From the IMG/VR virus record IMGVR_UViG_3300020043_000644, positions 1 through 54,406 of that record: 54,406 nt of DNA. One strand, given 5' to 3'. Of the stretch, positions 36,780 through 46,309 are shown piece by piece (position 1 is the first letter of the stretch; every line of letters begins with the position of its first letter). Both the position numbers and the translations under genes were made by a program. The notes under the pieces were generated by a model. That model worked only from the letters and a program-made list of their open reading frames with translations. It made no database searches and was not told the origin of the DNA. The stretch is from a virus (Duplodnaviria > Caudoviricetes).

Positions 36780-38759
36780 CTATCGTCTATCGTAAGTCGA
36801 ATATTCTAAAGTTGCAGCGTCAAGTGAGAATGCAGGATCTGTACTCTCAGACACAAACTGTAAAGAAACTGTAAAGCCAGAACCTACTACCTGTGTCTGG
36901 AATAATTTCTTTAATTTGGTTCCATACCGAACAGTTCCATAAGTAGCTGTAGACGAACCATAAAAGCCTACGGCACCTGTTTGATTTGATAATGTTATGG
37001 TGTCAGGTTGTATCACACCTTCATCGTCAAAGTCAAGTTTTAAATTCACAGAAGTTGTTACACTTCCCTGTGGATCCGTATATAAGAAAAGCTTATAAAA
37101 TGCCTTACGAATACGTGGATCTTCCATCGGTACAAATGGGGTAGAGAAGGTAGCAATAATGTTATCACCGTTAAAGCTATTGCCTTTCTCCATCTCATAT
37201 ACATAACCATCTGTATGAGAGAACACAACAGTCTCTACCCTACCGTAATAGTCACTGTCTGCTACGTATGCTTTAATACCTCGTAGTTCAGCCCAAGAGA
37301 TTGTGCCAGTCTGGTCACCAATCGTCTGTGTTCCTAGTACACCTACAGCATTTTGTGTAGTAACATTAGCATTATATCCAAAGATACGATACTGTGACTT
37401 CTCTCGTATTACAACACTAGAGAAAGATGTACTCGATCCAATAAAAGCAGTCATCTCACTCTGAATAAACTTAGATACCACTGCCAAGGAGTAGTCACCA
37501 AACTTATCTGTACCACTCAAAAGTCTTAGACCGTCAGGACCTAAGAACATTACATCTGATCCAACCTCTTGGATTGTATCTGTATCTACGCAACCAACAT
37601 TTAAAGTAATAGGTTGCAATACAAAATCAGCTACTGTGTTACCAACTAACCTACTAATCTTTTGCTGGCTAAATATAATAAGCTGTTCACGGAATACAAT
37701 TAAACCAGTGATAGCATTACCAACACTTATAACACCAGATCCATTTGCTGGATTAAAGTCATTGTCTGTATAGGGAGAAGTAAAAGTTAACTTGTCACCC
37801 TTAGCAAAGAACAATTGATTCTTAAACCACACTACATGATCTGCACCTACAACATCATTTGGTGCTGAATGTAATTCTGTGAAAGATGTATCATCATATA
37901 GAAACGGTACATTGACACTATCTACACCGCATATCTTTTCTGTGGTACCAATACGATACTTTTCAAACCTGTACTTAGTTGCTGCATCTCGTGCTGCAGA
38001 TAAGAAAGTAATTGCAGCATTGTCAGCAGGACTAGAGGCTAGTGCTGGATTAATCGCTAATGTCGCACCGCCACTGGTTACTGTTGCATCGGCAGTGACT
38101 GTATACACAAGTTCAACACCAGCAATACTAAATGTGTCACCTGTCTTTGGTGTAGAGGTTAATCCATCTACAACAAGACTAGAGCCAGTCTGACCAGCAC
38201 CATTAACTAATACAGTTCCATATGCTGGTGCACTAATCTTTGTCCAGCCACTGCCTGTACTTCTGTATAAACTATTATTACGTGCAGCAATTACCTTACC
38301 AGTCCATGCTGCTACACCTTGAATCGTACCAGTACCTGATGTAAAAGTAATAACAGCTTTATCAGCAGGGCTAGATGCTAGACTGGTTGTTAGTGTTAGT
38401 GTTGCTCTTTTAGTACCAGAGCTATATGACACACCGCCAGTAGCAATCGTATATGTTCCAGCTACACCTGCAATAGTAAATGTATCACCTTCTAATGGTG
38501 ACGCTATTAAGTTGGCTATGATTAGGGTAGTACCTGTCTGCCCACTGCCATGAACTCTAGCATCACCATACGCTGGGACAATGGCACTGTCGTATTTATC
38601 AAAGCCATCAATGCGTCTGTAACCACCCTCAATGGATGGTTCAAAGTTTCTTAACACCCTAGCACTGCCCGGAAACTGAATACCAAGCTGCAAAGGTGAT
38701 AGATTTGTAATTAGCCCACCCTTAAACTCGAATGGGTAGGTCTGCCATCTATCAGCCAT
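36780..38759 (-). CDS. tail tubular protein B / nozzle
   Basis: GGYRRIDG, beta-propeller-like body, position after tube A; two internal Ig-like inserts. Confidence 0.7.
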   Translation of the reverse strand: MADRWQTYPFEFKGGLITNLSPLQLGIQFPGSARVLRNFEPSIEGGYRRIDGFDKYDSAIVPAYGDARVHGSGQTGTTLIIANLIASPLEGDTFTIAGVAGTYTIATGGVSYSSGTKRATLTLTTSLASSPADKAVITFTSGTGTIQGVAAWTGKVIAARNNSLYRSTGSGWTKISAPAYGTVLVNGAGQTGSSLVVDGLTSTPKTGDTFSIAGVELVYTVTADATVTSGGATLAINPALASSPADNAAITFLSAARDAATKYRFEKYRIGTTEKICGVDSVNVPFLYDDTSFTELHSAPNDVVGADHVVWFKNQLFFAKGDKLTFTSPYTDNDFNPANGSGVISVGNAITGLIVFREQLIIFSQQKISRLVGNTVADFVLQPITLNVGCVDTDTIQEVGSDVMFLGPDGLRLLSGTDKFGDYSLAVVSKFIQSEMTAFIGSSTSFSSVVIREKSQYRIFGYNANVTTQNAVGVLGTQTIGDQTGTISWAELRGIKAYVADSDYYGRVETVVFSHTDGYVYEMEKGNSFNGDNIIATFSTPFVPMEDPRIRKAFYKLFLYTDPQGSVTTSVNLKLDFDDEGVIQPDTITLSNQTGAVGFYGSSTATYGTVRYGTKLKKLFQTQVVGSGFTVSLQFVSESTDPAFSLDAATLEYSTYDRR

Positions 38760-39481
38760 TAATTAACCCTAAAGCCTGCTGTATATCTTTTGTTTTGTGG
38801 AAGCATTGTAGAGCGAACATATTCAGTACGATTAACTAACATGATCCTCATATGCTTTAGATTCTGTTCAAACTTTGCTTTTGCTAATGCTGCGTCTTGT
38901 GCATTACCTCTGAACATATACGCATAGTATGTAGCACCTTCAACAATCACATGCCGATACATCTCTGGAATTAGAGGAGCATCTGAATACGCAGACAAGT
39001 CAGTAGTTACTGTGTAGTACTCATACGTAAGTTCGTATGCTTCTTTAGGTGTCTGCACTAATACAAACTGTCTATTAGGTGCCTGTACAATAAAAGAAGG
39101 AATATCTCGTAAGCTTGTATCTGCATTATATTCTTGATCTACAAACTTCTCTAAGTACTCTTCGTAAGACAGAATCTTTAATTTAACTGTCTCATTATTA
39201 AACGTAGTATTCTTCCTAATACGAAAAGAATCGAAGTCAATTACTTTCGCATTAGCAGGATAACTATACCGGCTAGTGCCGGCAGTTAGTGTAGTTGTTT
39301 GGGTTGTGTGATTCCAATGCCATTGAAACTCTAGCTGATTAATGTCCTGAATAGCTGCATTAACTGCATCTTTAGCATGCGAGTAAAATCCTCTAGCACT
39401 ATCAAAGTTAGAGCTTGTAAGTTCTACTTCATTTAATTTTCTATTGATGTCGTTAACTAGACCTAGGAAATTGTAAGCCAC
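38759..39481 (-). CDS. tail tubular protein A / adaptor
   Basis: FL.LVN...LNEV, P.IPE.YRHVIV.GA; GTG start. Confidence 0.7.
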   Translation of the reverse strand: MAYNFLGLVNDINRKLNEVELTSSNFDSARGFYSHAKDAVNAAIQDINQLEFQWHWNHTTQTTTLTAGTSRYSYPANAKVIDFDSFRIRKNTTFNNETVKLKILSYEEYLEKFVDQEYNADTSLRDIPSFIVQAPNRQFVLVQTPKEAYELTYEYYTVTTDLSAYSDAPLIPEMYRHVIVEGATYYAYMFRGNAQDAALAKAKFEQNLKHMRIMLVNRTEYVRSTMLPQNKRYTAGFRVN

Positions 39482-39500
39482 TGTAGCCCCTTGTTAGAAC

Positions 39501-39534
39501 ATAAGAAATGGGAGACCCTTGTGGAGTCCCCCAT
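39501..39534 (-). terminator. intrinsic terminator after the capsid genes
   Basis: ATGGGGGACTC-CACAA-GGGTCTCCCAT then TTCTTAT on the - strand. Confidence 0.7.
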
Positions 39535-39545
39535 CATTTACAACA

Positions 39546-40034
39546 TTAAGCTAATTGATCACGATCAACTTCGTCTGCAGCGATACGACCATCTACATTC
39601 ATTAGCACAGCCCAAACACGGGCTACACCAGAAGTAGGAGCGGTTGTTGCAGTAGCGATGGTGATGTCGATTGTGTCAGCAGTTGCACCAACTACGAGAG
39701 GCTGGAATGCAGCAGCATTTTGTGCATAAGCACCAGCAGCAGCAGCATCAGCATCGAAGCCGTCAACAAAGTTATCAGCATCAACGCCAGTGCCTAAGTC
39801 AAATGTGGTATCGCTTGACTCGCCACCTAAAACTGTGGTGATTTCAATACCAGCATTTAGAATGACTGTGTTAACGGGTACAGAGATGCACTCGATAACG
39901 TCAGCAGCTGCCAAGGCAGAGCCTTTAGCAGTAGCTGCAGCAGCAAAGTCAATGCTCTTGTCTACTAAATATGGTACAGAACCAGCGGTACGACCTGCTG
40001 ATGCTCCACCTGCGAGGGTAGTTACAGTTGCCAT
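39546..40034 (-). CDS. capsid decoration/minor capsid protein
   Basis: Ala/Thr-rich beta protein directly after the MCP, AGGAG RBS. Confidence 0.6.
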   Translation of the reverse strand: MATVTTLAGGASAGRTAGSVPYLVDKSIDFAAAATAKGSALAAADVIECISVPVNTVILNAGIEITTVLGGESSDTTFDLGTGVDADNFVDGFDADAAAAGAYAQNAAAFQPLVVGATADTIDITIATATTAPTSGVARVWAVLMNVDGRIAADEVDRDQLA

Positions 40035-40051
40035 TTATGTTTCTCCTTAAA

Positions 40052-41122
40052 TTAAGCTGCGTTGTACTTGGCGGTAACAATAGCCTCTGGACGGAGGATC
40101 TTGCGACCATAGAGATGCATACCACGAACAATGTCAGCGAAGCTGTCAGGATCACGATAGCTCTCTGTCTTGGTGATTTGCTGAGCGGAAGCAACAGCTG
40201 CGTCATGACCAGCAACGATAACACCAAAGTTAGATGACTGTGCAGATGCACCGGTTGTGCCGGGACCTGTACCAATCTTTGGTAGGTTGTTGGAAACATA
40301 AACACGGAAGCCATGGAGATTATTTAAAATCAAACCATTTTGCAATCCAGAGCCACCAAAGTCACCGTTCAATAAACGGCTGTCTTCGTCTTTCAACATC
40401 TCAACAAACACTGGGTCAACAACTAACCAACGACCATTTGTGTCTACGAACTGTTGATCAAGTAAACGACCCATACGAGCGATTACTGTCAGTGGCGATA
40501 CAAGCGTTGTTGATACAGCTGTTTGACCGGGGAAGCGTGGTGATAAAGGAATCGAATCACCAGCAGAACCACCAGATGTCAAGTTACCAAAGTTAGGACG
40601 GCTCAACTGCATGCCAGACAACAACTCGTTAGAACCAGCAGAGCTTACAGCCTTGGTGCCGGGGAAAGTTGTACGTGCTGTGTCAGGTGAACTGTGCTTA
40701 GCTGATTGGCTAAAGCCAGCCAAATAACCTAGTACGTCTTGGTCATACTGGTCACGCAAGCGATATGCTGCACGATCAGAAGCCATAGACATAAAGTTTA
40801 CGTGGCTATGGGCTGCTTCGATATCGTCAATCTTGAATGCGAAGTAGTTAGCTTGGTCAACAACGAGTGTGAAGTCCTCATCGTCCAAGTCTTGTGCTGT
40901 GATCTGTGTGCCACGAGCATACGACTGAACAGAAACTTCTGGCTCTTTGATGATCTTAACGCTGTCACCCATGTTAGCGATCTCACCAAAGTAATCATTG
41001 TTGGTGATGTCTTCTACTACGGACGATTTACGGAATGCAAGTTGTACTTGTTTGGAATAGATAACCGGTGAAAAATTTCCATTTGGAAGGTTACCATATC
41101 CCGCTGCTGAAGGGAATGCCAT
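40052..41122 (-). CDS. major capsid protein
   Basis: NF.P.IYSK, NNDYFGEI..GDSVKI, E.YRDPDSFADIVRG..LYGRK.LRPE. Confidence 0.9.
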   Translation of the reverse strand: MAFPSAAGYGNLPNGNFSPVIYSKQVQLAFRKSSVVEDITNNDYFGEIANMGDSVKIIKEPEVSVQSYARGTQITAQDLDDEDFTLVVDQANYFAFKIDDIEAAHSHVNFMSMASDRAAYRLRDQYDQDVLGYLAGFSQSAKHSSPDTARTTFPGTKAVSSAGSNELLSGMQLSRPNFGNLTSGGSAGDSIPLSPRFPGQTAVSTTLVSPLTVIARMGRLLDQQFVDTNGRWLVVDPVFVEMLKDEDSRLLNGDFGGSGLQNGLILNNLHGFRVYVSNNLPKIGTGPGTTGASAQSSNFGVIVAGHDAAVASAQQITKTESYRDPDSFADIVRGMHLYGRKILRPEAIVTAKYNAA

Positions 41123-41224
41123 TTTTAATTCTCCTAATAAGTGAAAGGCATAATATAAAATTACTCTCTACTCATATCGGGAGCCTCATGCATTAGGTGC
41201 TTATAACTTAAACCTCTAGACTGT

Positions 41225-41779
41225 CTAAGGTATAAGGGCTAACTCTGTAGGGTAGTCCTTGATACTATTGTTTTGAGCTACATAATGACAAAGCTGAATA
41301 AACAATTGCTCTGAATACTCTTGCTTCATCTTATTAATAGCAGCACAGACTAATTGAATGTTGCCAACAATGTAGCCTTTACCACTATCAATTCGATCTA
41401 GGCTTACGGTATTAAACTGGTTGGATGTTGCAAGCATCGGCAGCTTAGTATAAGCACAAAGACCTTTTTGTATACCCCAAAGATTTTGTAAATCAATCTC
41501 TGAAATATTAAATTCTTTATTTTTTCTTTGTCTTGCATTAGTACATAAATTTTTTAATCTTGAATCTATGTCCCTAGTAAACTTTGGTGTATACGTTTTA
41601 CTATAGCAATTTACTCTTGTTTTTATATCTTCTTTATTTCTAAGGTAGTAGTGCTTTGAACTGATCCTTGCACATTTTTTACATTCACCACCTACCCCGT
41701 ACTTTTTTGTTTTGTCTTTATTAAAATTTAATATTAACTTTTCAATACCACAAGTACGGCATTTCTTTAATTGTTCCAT
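41225..41779 (-). CDS. HNH-like homing endonuclease with N-terminal zinc ribbon
   Basis: CRTC...CKKC; SLDRIDSGKGY..GNIQLVC..INKMK; AT-rich insert between scaffold and MCP. Confidence 0.75.
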   Translation of the reverse strand: MEQLKKCRTCGIEKLILNFNKDKTKKYGVGGECKKCARISSKHYYLRNKEDIKTRVNCYSKTYTPKFTRDIDSRLKNLCTNARQRKNKEFNISEIDLQNLWGIQKGLCAYTKLPMLATSNQFNTVSLDRIDSGKGYIVGNIQLVCAAINKMKQEYSEQLFIQLCHYVAQNNSIKDYPTELALIP

Positions 41780-41856
41780 CTTTAACTCCGCTCAGTTAAG
41801 GATGGGCTATCTAGTAAAGCGGTACCAGAAAGGGAGCTACCCTGTTCGCCCATGTA
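41776..41856 (-). ncRNA. candidate structured cis-regulatory RNA (three-way junction plus kissing hairpin)
   Basis: P1 AUGGGC/GCCCAU, P2 AGGG-UAGCU-CCCU, P3 CUGGUA-CCGCUU-UACUAG, P4 UUAACU-GAGCGG-AGUUAA; loops of P3 and P4 are complementary. Confidence 0.55.
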
Positions 41857-41861
41857 CTACA

Positions 41862-41889
41862 GTTATAAACTAAAAATCTAGTTTGTCAA
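41862..41889 (-). promoter_or_regulatory. sigma70-type promoter for the HNH-MCP unit
   Basis: TTGACA(41889-41884)-16 bp-TATAAC(41867-41862). Confidence 0.6.
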
Positions 41890-41892
41890 TAC

Positions 41893-42771
41893 CTATCTTG
41901 CTGAACCAGTACGGTCATATATAAACTTACCCGCCTTAATTGCAGCTACAATAGCTTCTTGATTCTTCTCATATTCTGCAGAAGACATCCGTTCTATATC
42001 TGATTCACGGAATGTGCCCTGTTCATTGGAAGCATCAAAACCTGCTTTACTGCTACTACCTACGGATTTAGCAGCATCTCTGTCATCTGACTTCTTAGAC
42101 TTCTTGCCAGTTAAACCCATGTCTGCCTTGTATAAATCAATTGCACGGGCAGCCGAGATAGCATCACTTTCGTTCTCATACAGGGCACTTTGTACCCATT
42201 TAGGCTGAGCTTCCACCCAATCATGGAACTGCTCTTGGTCACGAATATCATTAAAATCAGGGTGTAGACGCATTAATTCTGTCTCTGCCCTCTGTCTTAA
42301 TGTCTCCGCTTCCCTTTCATCTAGCTTCTTAAGACGCTCTTCCAAAGCCTTAGATTGTTCCTGTGCCTTTTTCATGGCAATGGTTTCAACAATCTTAGCT
42401 ACGTCAGGAAACTCCTTAGACCATTCGGCAATCTCTTCTTCCGACTTTGGCATACGAAGCTGCTTAGTAGCTGCTTTATCTAGTTGTCCCTTTAGTTCTT
42501 CAATCTGCTTTTGCATATCAGCTTGTTGCTTCTGAGTATGCCTACGCAAATCTCCGTACCGTTTCTTGAAGCTTTTCTCTTCTGGGTTAGTTGGCTCTGG
42601 ACCATCTTCCCCATCAGCATCTTGTGCTTCAGCCTTTACTTCTTCACCCTTGTTAATATCTTGTAATGTCTTTAACTCTGCTTCTTCTTGCTCAATTCGT
42701 TCTTTGTTAGCATTCCGTGTTGCAAAACCAGAAGCCATCTTAACTTGAGTCTCTACTTTTTGAAGTTCCAT
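41893..42771 (-). CDS. capsid scaffolding protein
   Basis: FKKRYGDLRRH, HPDF, coiled coil, C-terminal GKFIYD.TG.AR; lies upstream of the MCP. Confidence 0.8.
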   Translation of the reverse strand: MELQKVETQVKMASGFATRNANKERIEQEEAELKTLQDINKGEEVKAEAQDADGEDGPEPTNPEEKSFKKRYGDLRRHTQKQQADMQKQIEELKGQLDKAATKQLRMPKSEEEIAEWSKEFPDVAKIVETIAMKKAQEQSKALEERLKKLDEREAETLRQRAETELMRLHPDFNDIRDQEQFHDWVEAQPKWVQSALYENESDAISAARAIDLYKADMGLTGKKSKKSDDRDAAKSVGSSSKAGFDASNEQGTFRESDIERMSSAEYEKNQEAIVAAIKAGKFIYDRTGSAR

Positions 42772-42846
42772 CTTTTCCTCTTTGGTTGGGGCTAACAGTT
42801 GCCAGACTAAGCTGGGGTATTAGGTAGCCATTATTAAGGGGTAAAT

Positions 42847-44109
42847 TTATATCTTAGATGCCAGCCCCTTACTAGCAGTCTTCTTAGGTTTAGTCACTTT
42901 CTTGCGAGGAGCAAGCAGTGGTTTTTTACTGTATTTTACCATGTTAGTACTAATAAGTCCACCCTCAGCTGCACCGATTGTTTCTACTTCTTTGTATCCT
43001 TCAGGAATAGGTGCCTGTGGTTCATCATCTTTAAATGAAATCATTGTGGTTTTACCAGCGTCATTTTGGAATTTACGCAATTCATATTTAGACTGGGCAA
43101 CAGAAGTTAATGCTACTTTATTATCTGTATCCATACTGCCAGTAACTTCATCTTCTCCAGAATAAGTACCGTATGGAGCACTCCTACGCTGTACTAAAGT
43201 AGTAGTTGGAATTGGAGGAGGAGTGTACATACTGTCCAGTATCTCTCCAGAAATTGCTTTAGTTGCTATTTTTTTACCTGTTTTTTCTATTCCGTATTCT
43301 GTTGATGGGGGAGGTTTATATAATTCATTAGCACCATAGGATCCTACTAAGTTCTGCGACACTGCCTGTTCTCCTATGCCACTAGCAGTCATACGAGCAA
43401 TGTCTGCTGCAGCTTGTGGCTGCATTCCTTCTTGCTTTAGTATCATCTCAATCTGTTCTGCACCTGCTCCACTTACTCTGGCAGCTTCTGCTTGTGCTGC
43501 TGCAAAGTCTGCGTCTGCTTGTAAGTTAGGGGTGTAAGTATTGCCAATACCAAATTCATTCTTAACTAAATTGTATCCCTCAGATACGGCACCACCAACA
43601 CCGCCTACAACACCGCCAACAACTGCACCTTTAGTGGTACCCTCTAAGATATCTTTGCCCCTTACTCCTGCTGTGATACCCCCAGTTACACCACCAACTG
43701 TAGCACCAGTAATTGCCGATGTTGCAATTTTACCTGCCGTAGGTCCTAAGAATTCAACAGCAGAAGGTCCAACTTCAGTACCAATCATTGGAGCTAGTTC
43801 TGCACCGATATACGCAGTACCAAAAGATAACGCAATATCTTCAAGGCTACCCCCCTTTACAGCCGTATTAGCAGCAGCAATGTAAGGTATGAGATAGTAT
43901 TGTTGAGTTACAACAGCAGCAGCCGTAGCAATCGTTCCCGGATCTACTTGCTGTATTACTGCTTCATCAAAATCAGCAAGTGCATCACCAATAACTGGAC
44001 CCGGATCTATGTTGGCTAATTGTTCACCAGCACCTTCCGTCCAGTTGTCTGCTTTGTCAATTGCATTATCGACAAATGGTACTCCTGTTGGTCCTCCACC
44101 ACTACACAT
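42847..44109 (-). CDS. Gly/Ala-rich internal virion protein starting MCSGGG
   Basis: Glycine-zipper hydrophobic segments; follows a GNAT gene; AAEGG and KGLAS near the C-terminus. Confidence 0.6.
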   Translation of the reverse strand: MCSGGGPTGVPFVDNAIDKADNWTEGAGEQLANIDPGPVIGDALADFDEAVIQQVDPGTIATAAAVVTQQYYLIPYIAAANTAVKGGSLEDIALSFGTAYIGAELAPMIGTEVGPSAVEFLGPTAGKIATSAITGATVGGVTGGITAGVRGKDILEGTTKGAVVGGVVGGVGGAVSEGYNLVKNEFGIGNTYTPNLQADADFAAAQAEAARVSGAGAEQIEMILKQEGMQPQAAADIARMTASGIGEQAVSQNLVGSYGANELYKPPPSTEYGIEKTGKKIATKAISGEILDSMYTPPPIPTTTLVQRRSAPYGTYSGEDEVTGSMDTDNKVALTSVAQSKYELRKFQNDAGKTTMISFKDDEPQAPIPEGYKEVETIGAAEGGLISTNMVKYSKKPLLAPRKKVTKPKKTASKGLASKI

Positions 44110-44118
44110 AGTTTTTCC

Positions 44119-44559
44119 TTATAAGCTTTTAACGCTATTAAACCCGCCAGTTCTATATCCGTTATGAATAAAAAACTTTCTAGTTTGCTCTATCTTCCCG
44201 CCTACTGTGTGACCCATATATAATTCTTTAACACCAGTACTTCTAGCCCAGTCTTCTAAAGCACGTAACAGTAAGAATGCTGCTCGTCCCCCTCTATACT
44301 CTGGCAATATATAAAACCCTAAGTCTGTTGCTCTTTCATAATCAGAAAAAAAGAAAGGTCCTACAAAGCCACCGATAAAACCAATACAGACATCGTCTTT
44401 ATAAGCTAAGAACCCAGCACTTTTGGGGTATTCAAATAATGCTTGTATCTTTTTTCTTGATGGTTTAGCGTGTGAAAATACACTCTCTTCTACCATCTGC
44501 TCTATTAAACTAAACAACAAGTCTAAGTGTTGTTGTTCTACTCTTATTATTTTTATCAT
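44119..44559 (-). CDS. GNAT-family acyl/acetyltransferase
   Basis: FYILPEYRGG.AA..LL..LE.WA; FF...GY. Confidence 0.8.
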   Translation of the reverse strand: MIKIIRVEQQHLDLLFSLIEQMVEESVFSHAKPSRKKIQALFEYPKSAGFLAYKDDVCIGFIGGFVGPFFFSDYERATDLGFYILPEYRGGRAAFLLLRALEDWARSTGVKELYMGHTVGGKIEQTRKFFIHNGYRTGGFNSVKSL

Positions 44560-44562
44560 GTA

Positions 44563-46092
44563 TTACTGTATATCTAACGTCCAACCCTTTTCTGTTTCTT
44601 GTACGTCATAACCTAAACGAGTTAAAGGTTCGATATCTCCTTTGCTGTCAGACTCTAGTGTTTTAATTCCTGCTTTCTTAGCTACTTCAATACCAGTAGT
44701 AATAGCCTCATCTAGTTTCTCTGGAGTATCATTACTAAAGAAGAAAGGGTCTAATACACCGGGTCTCTTTACGAATCCAACAATAACAGTATCATTATGT
44801 CTAGTAGTAATTACCCGCTTAGCACGAGTTAGTTTTTCTACTTTCTGAATAAATTGATCTGCCTCTTGTTGTTTGTCTGGTCCAAAGTTGGCTTTAATAA
44901 TACTAGTAGGTGTCAGTCCTTCAGTGGGATTACTGGGAGGTAGAGAAGCTATCTCAGGTTCCTTTTCCTTCATTCTATTTGCAGTCTCATTAATGTACTG
45001 CATTTGCTCTGGAGTTAGTTCAGGTACTTTAGACGCAGCATCTTCCTGTGTCATGCCCTCTGGCATAGCCATACCACCCACTTGCATTTTAATTAAACTG
45101 TTACTACGTTGCTTAGCCGCTTCTACTGCTTCTTCTAAAGTATTGTGTGTGCTTGTTGGTTTAATTTTACCAGAAGCTAACATGTCTTCAATTTCATCTT
45201 CTTCGTATTGAATACCGTCTTGAATACTTGGGACATTAACGTATCCATCTTTATAGGGAACAGTGATTGATTTTTCAGATACTATTTCCCCTTCAGCAGT
45301 TTTGTATAAAGGTCTTCCTGCCTCAGACATTTCACCAGTAGGCTCTCCCACTTTTTTACGAGCCATACCGCCTACTTGCATTTTTGTTTCTTCTTCACCC
45401 TCGCCTTCAATCTCTTCAAAGATTTCATCTAGCTGGGATTCAAACTCACCATCATCTTCTTCAGTAGCCTCGTCAGCATTACTCATCTGACCCATGTCTT
45501 CCATCTTCTTAAGACCTTCTTTGGCAGCCTGACGCATCATCATCAGACGCTCAAGACCAATGTATCGAACTACATCGGCAGGGAATACGAACTCACCCTC
45601 ACTTAATTTAGCAGGGATGTCATCACGTACTTCTTCTTTCATGGCACCAACAGGAACTTCATTACCACTTTCCTCGTCTACTGTGCCACCTTCTTGAAGC
45701 ATACCGCCCTCTTGAAGAAGTTTCTTAGTTTGTAGTTTTGCTTTCACAGCACCGCCTTTAGCCATACCTGCTTGTTCTTTAGTTATACCTGCCTCATCAG
45801 GATTTTTACCAGTTCGCTTCATATACTCTTCTTTCCATGCCGTAGGATGTTCTTTAGACTTTAACATCTCTCCTGTTTCGGGATTAGACGAACTCCAGTG
45901 ATATTTATTTTTATCGTAAGGATCTCTTTGTGGTCTTACGCCAGCCTTCCACGCAGAGCGATAATCATAGTCTTTGGTATTTAAGTCTGGCTCTTCCCCG
46001 TATTCTTTTACGTACTCTTTGAACCATTCAGTTTTTTTAATACCAGCTTGAAAATCTTGCTCTTCCTTATCCGCTTGATTTTGTTTCGGCAT
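44563..46092 (-). CDS. modular virion-associated protein with five xxxGG motifs and a DDIPAKLSEGEFV domain
   Basis: Directly downstream of the portal region; motif similar to the D.IPA.LS.GEFV segment of tape-measure proteins. Confidence 0.65.
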   Translation of the reverse strand: MPKQNQADKEEQDFQAGIKKTEWFKEYVKEYGEEPDLNTKDYDYRSAWKAGVRPQRDPYDKNKYHWSSSNPETGEMLKSKEHPTAWKEEYMKRTGKNPDEAGITKEQAGMAKGGAVKAKLQTKKLLQEGGMLQEGGTVDEESGNEVPVGAMKEEVRDDIPAKLSEGEFVFPADVVRYIGLERLMMMRQAAKEGLKKMEDMGQMSNADEATEEDDGEFESQLDEIFEEIEGEGEEETKMQVGGMARKKVGEPTGEMSEAGRPLYKTAEGEIVSEKSITVPYKDGYVNVPSIQDGIQYEEDEIEDMLASGKIKPTSTHNTLEEAVEAAKQRSNSLIKMQVGGMAMPEGMTQEDAASKVPELTPEQMQYINETANRMKEKEPEIASLPPSNPTEGLTPTSIIKANFGPDKQQEADQFIQKVEKLTRAKRVITTRHNDTVIVGFVKRPGVLDPFFFSNDTPEKLDEAITTGIEVAKKAGIKTLESDSKGDIEPLTRLGYDVQETEKGWTLDIQ

Positions 46093-46309
46093 TGACTTCG
46101 TCTCTCAAATGTTTAAGCTGTCTTAGTGCTGTAATCGCACCTTGGGCTTGGTATAAATTAACAGGCTCTACGGACTGTTCTAACTTCTTTTGCTGCAACT
46201 CAATATGGTAGTCAAGCATATCTGTAAATGCTTGCCACTGAGTATTAGTATTAACCCAGCCCTTGAGCTTGGGGAGGTACTGCTTGCTGTTGCTGTTGGG
46301 GTTGCTCAT
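46067..46309 (-). CDS. small conserved protein after the portal
   Basis: LY.AQG.I..LR.L..LRD; start re-placed at ATG 46309. Confidence 0.65.
   Translation of the reverse strand: MSNPNSNSKQYLPKLKGWVNTNTQWQAFTDMLDYHIELQQKKLEQSVEPVNLYQAQGAITALRQLKHLRDEVNAETKSSG

Noticed and set aside
41225-41779. Group I intron-encoded endonuclease
   Set aside because: The flanking scaffold and MCP genes are intact, the ORF is free-standing, and I could not identify intron core elements.
41776-41856. Hammerhead ribozyme or tRNA
   Set aside because: No CUGANGA/GAAA core and no T-loop or cloverleaf; I recognised no tRNA anywhere in the window.
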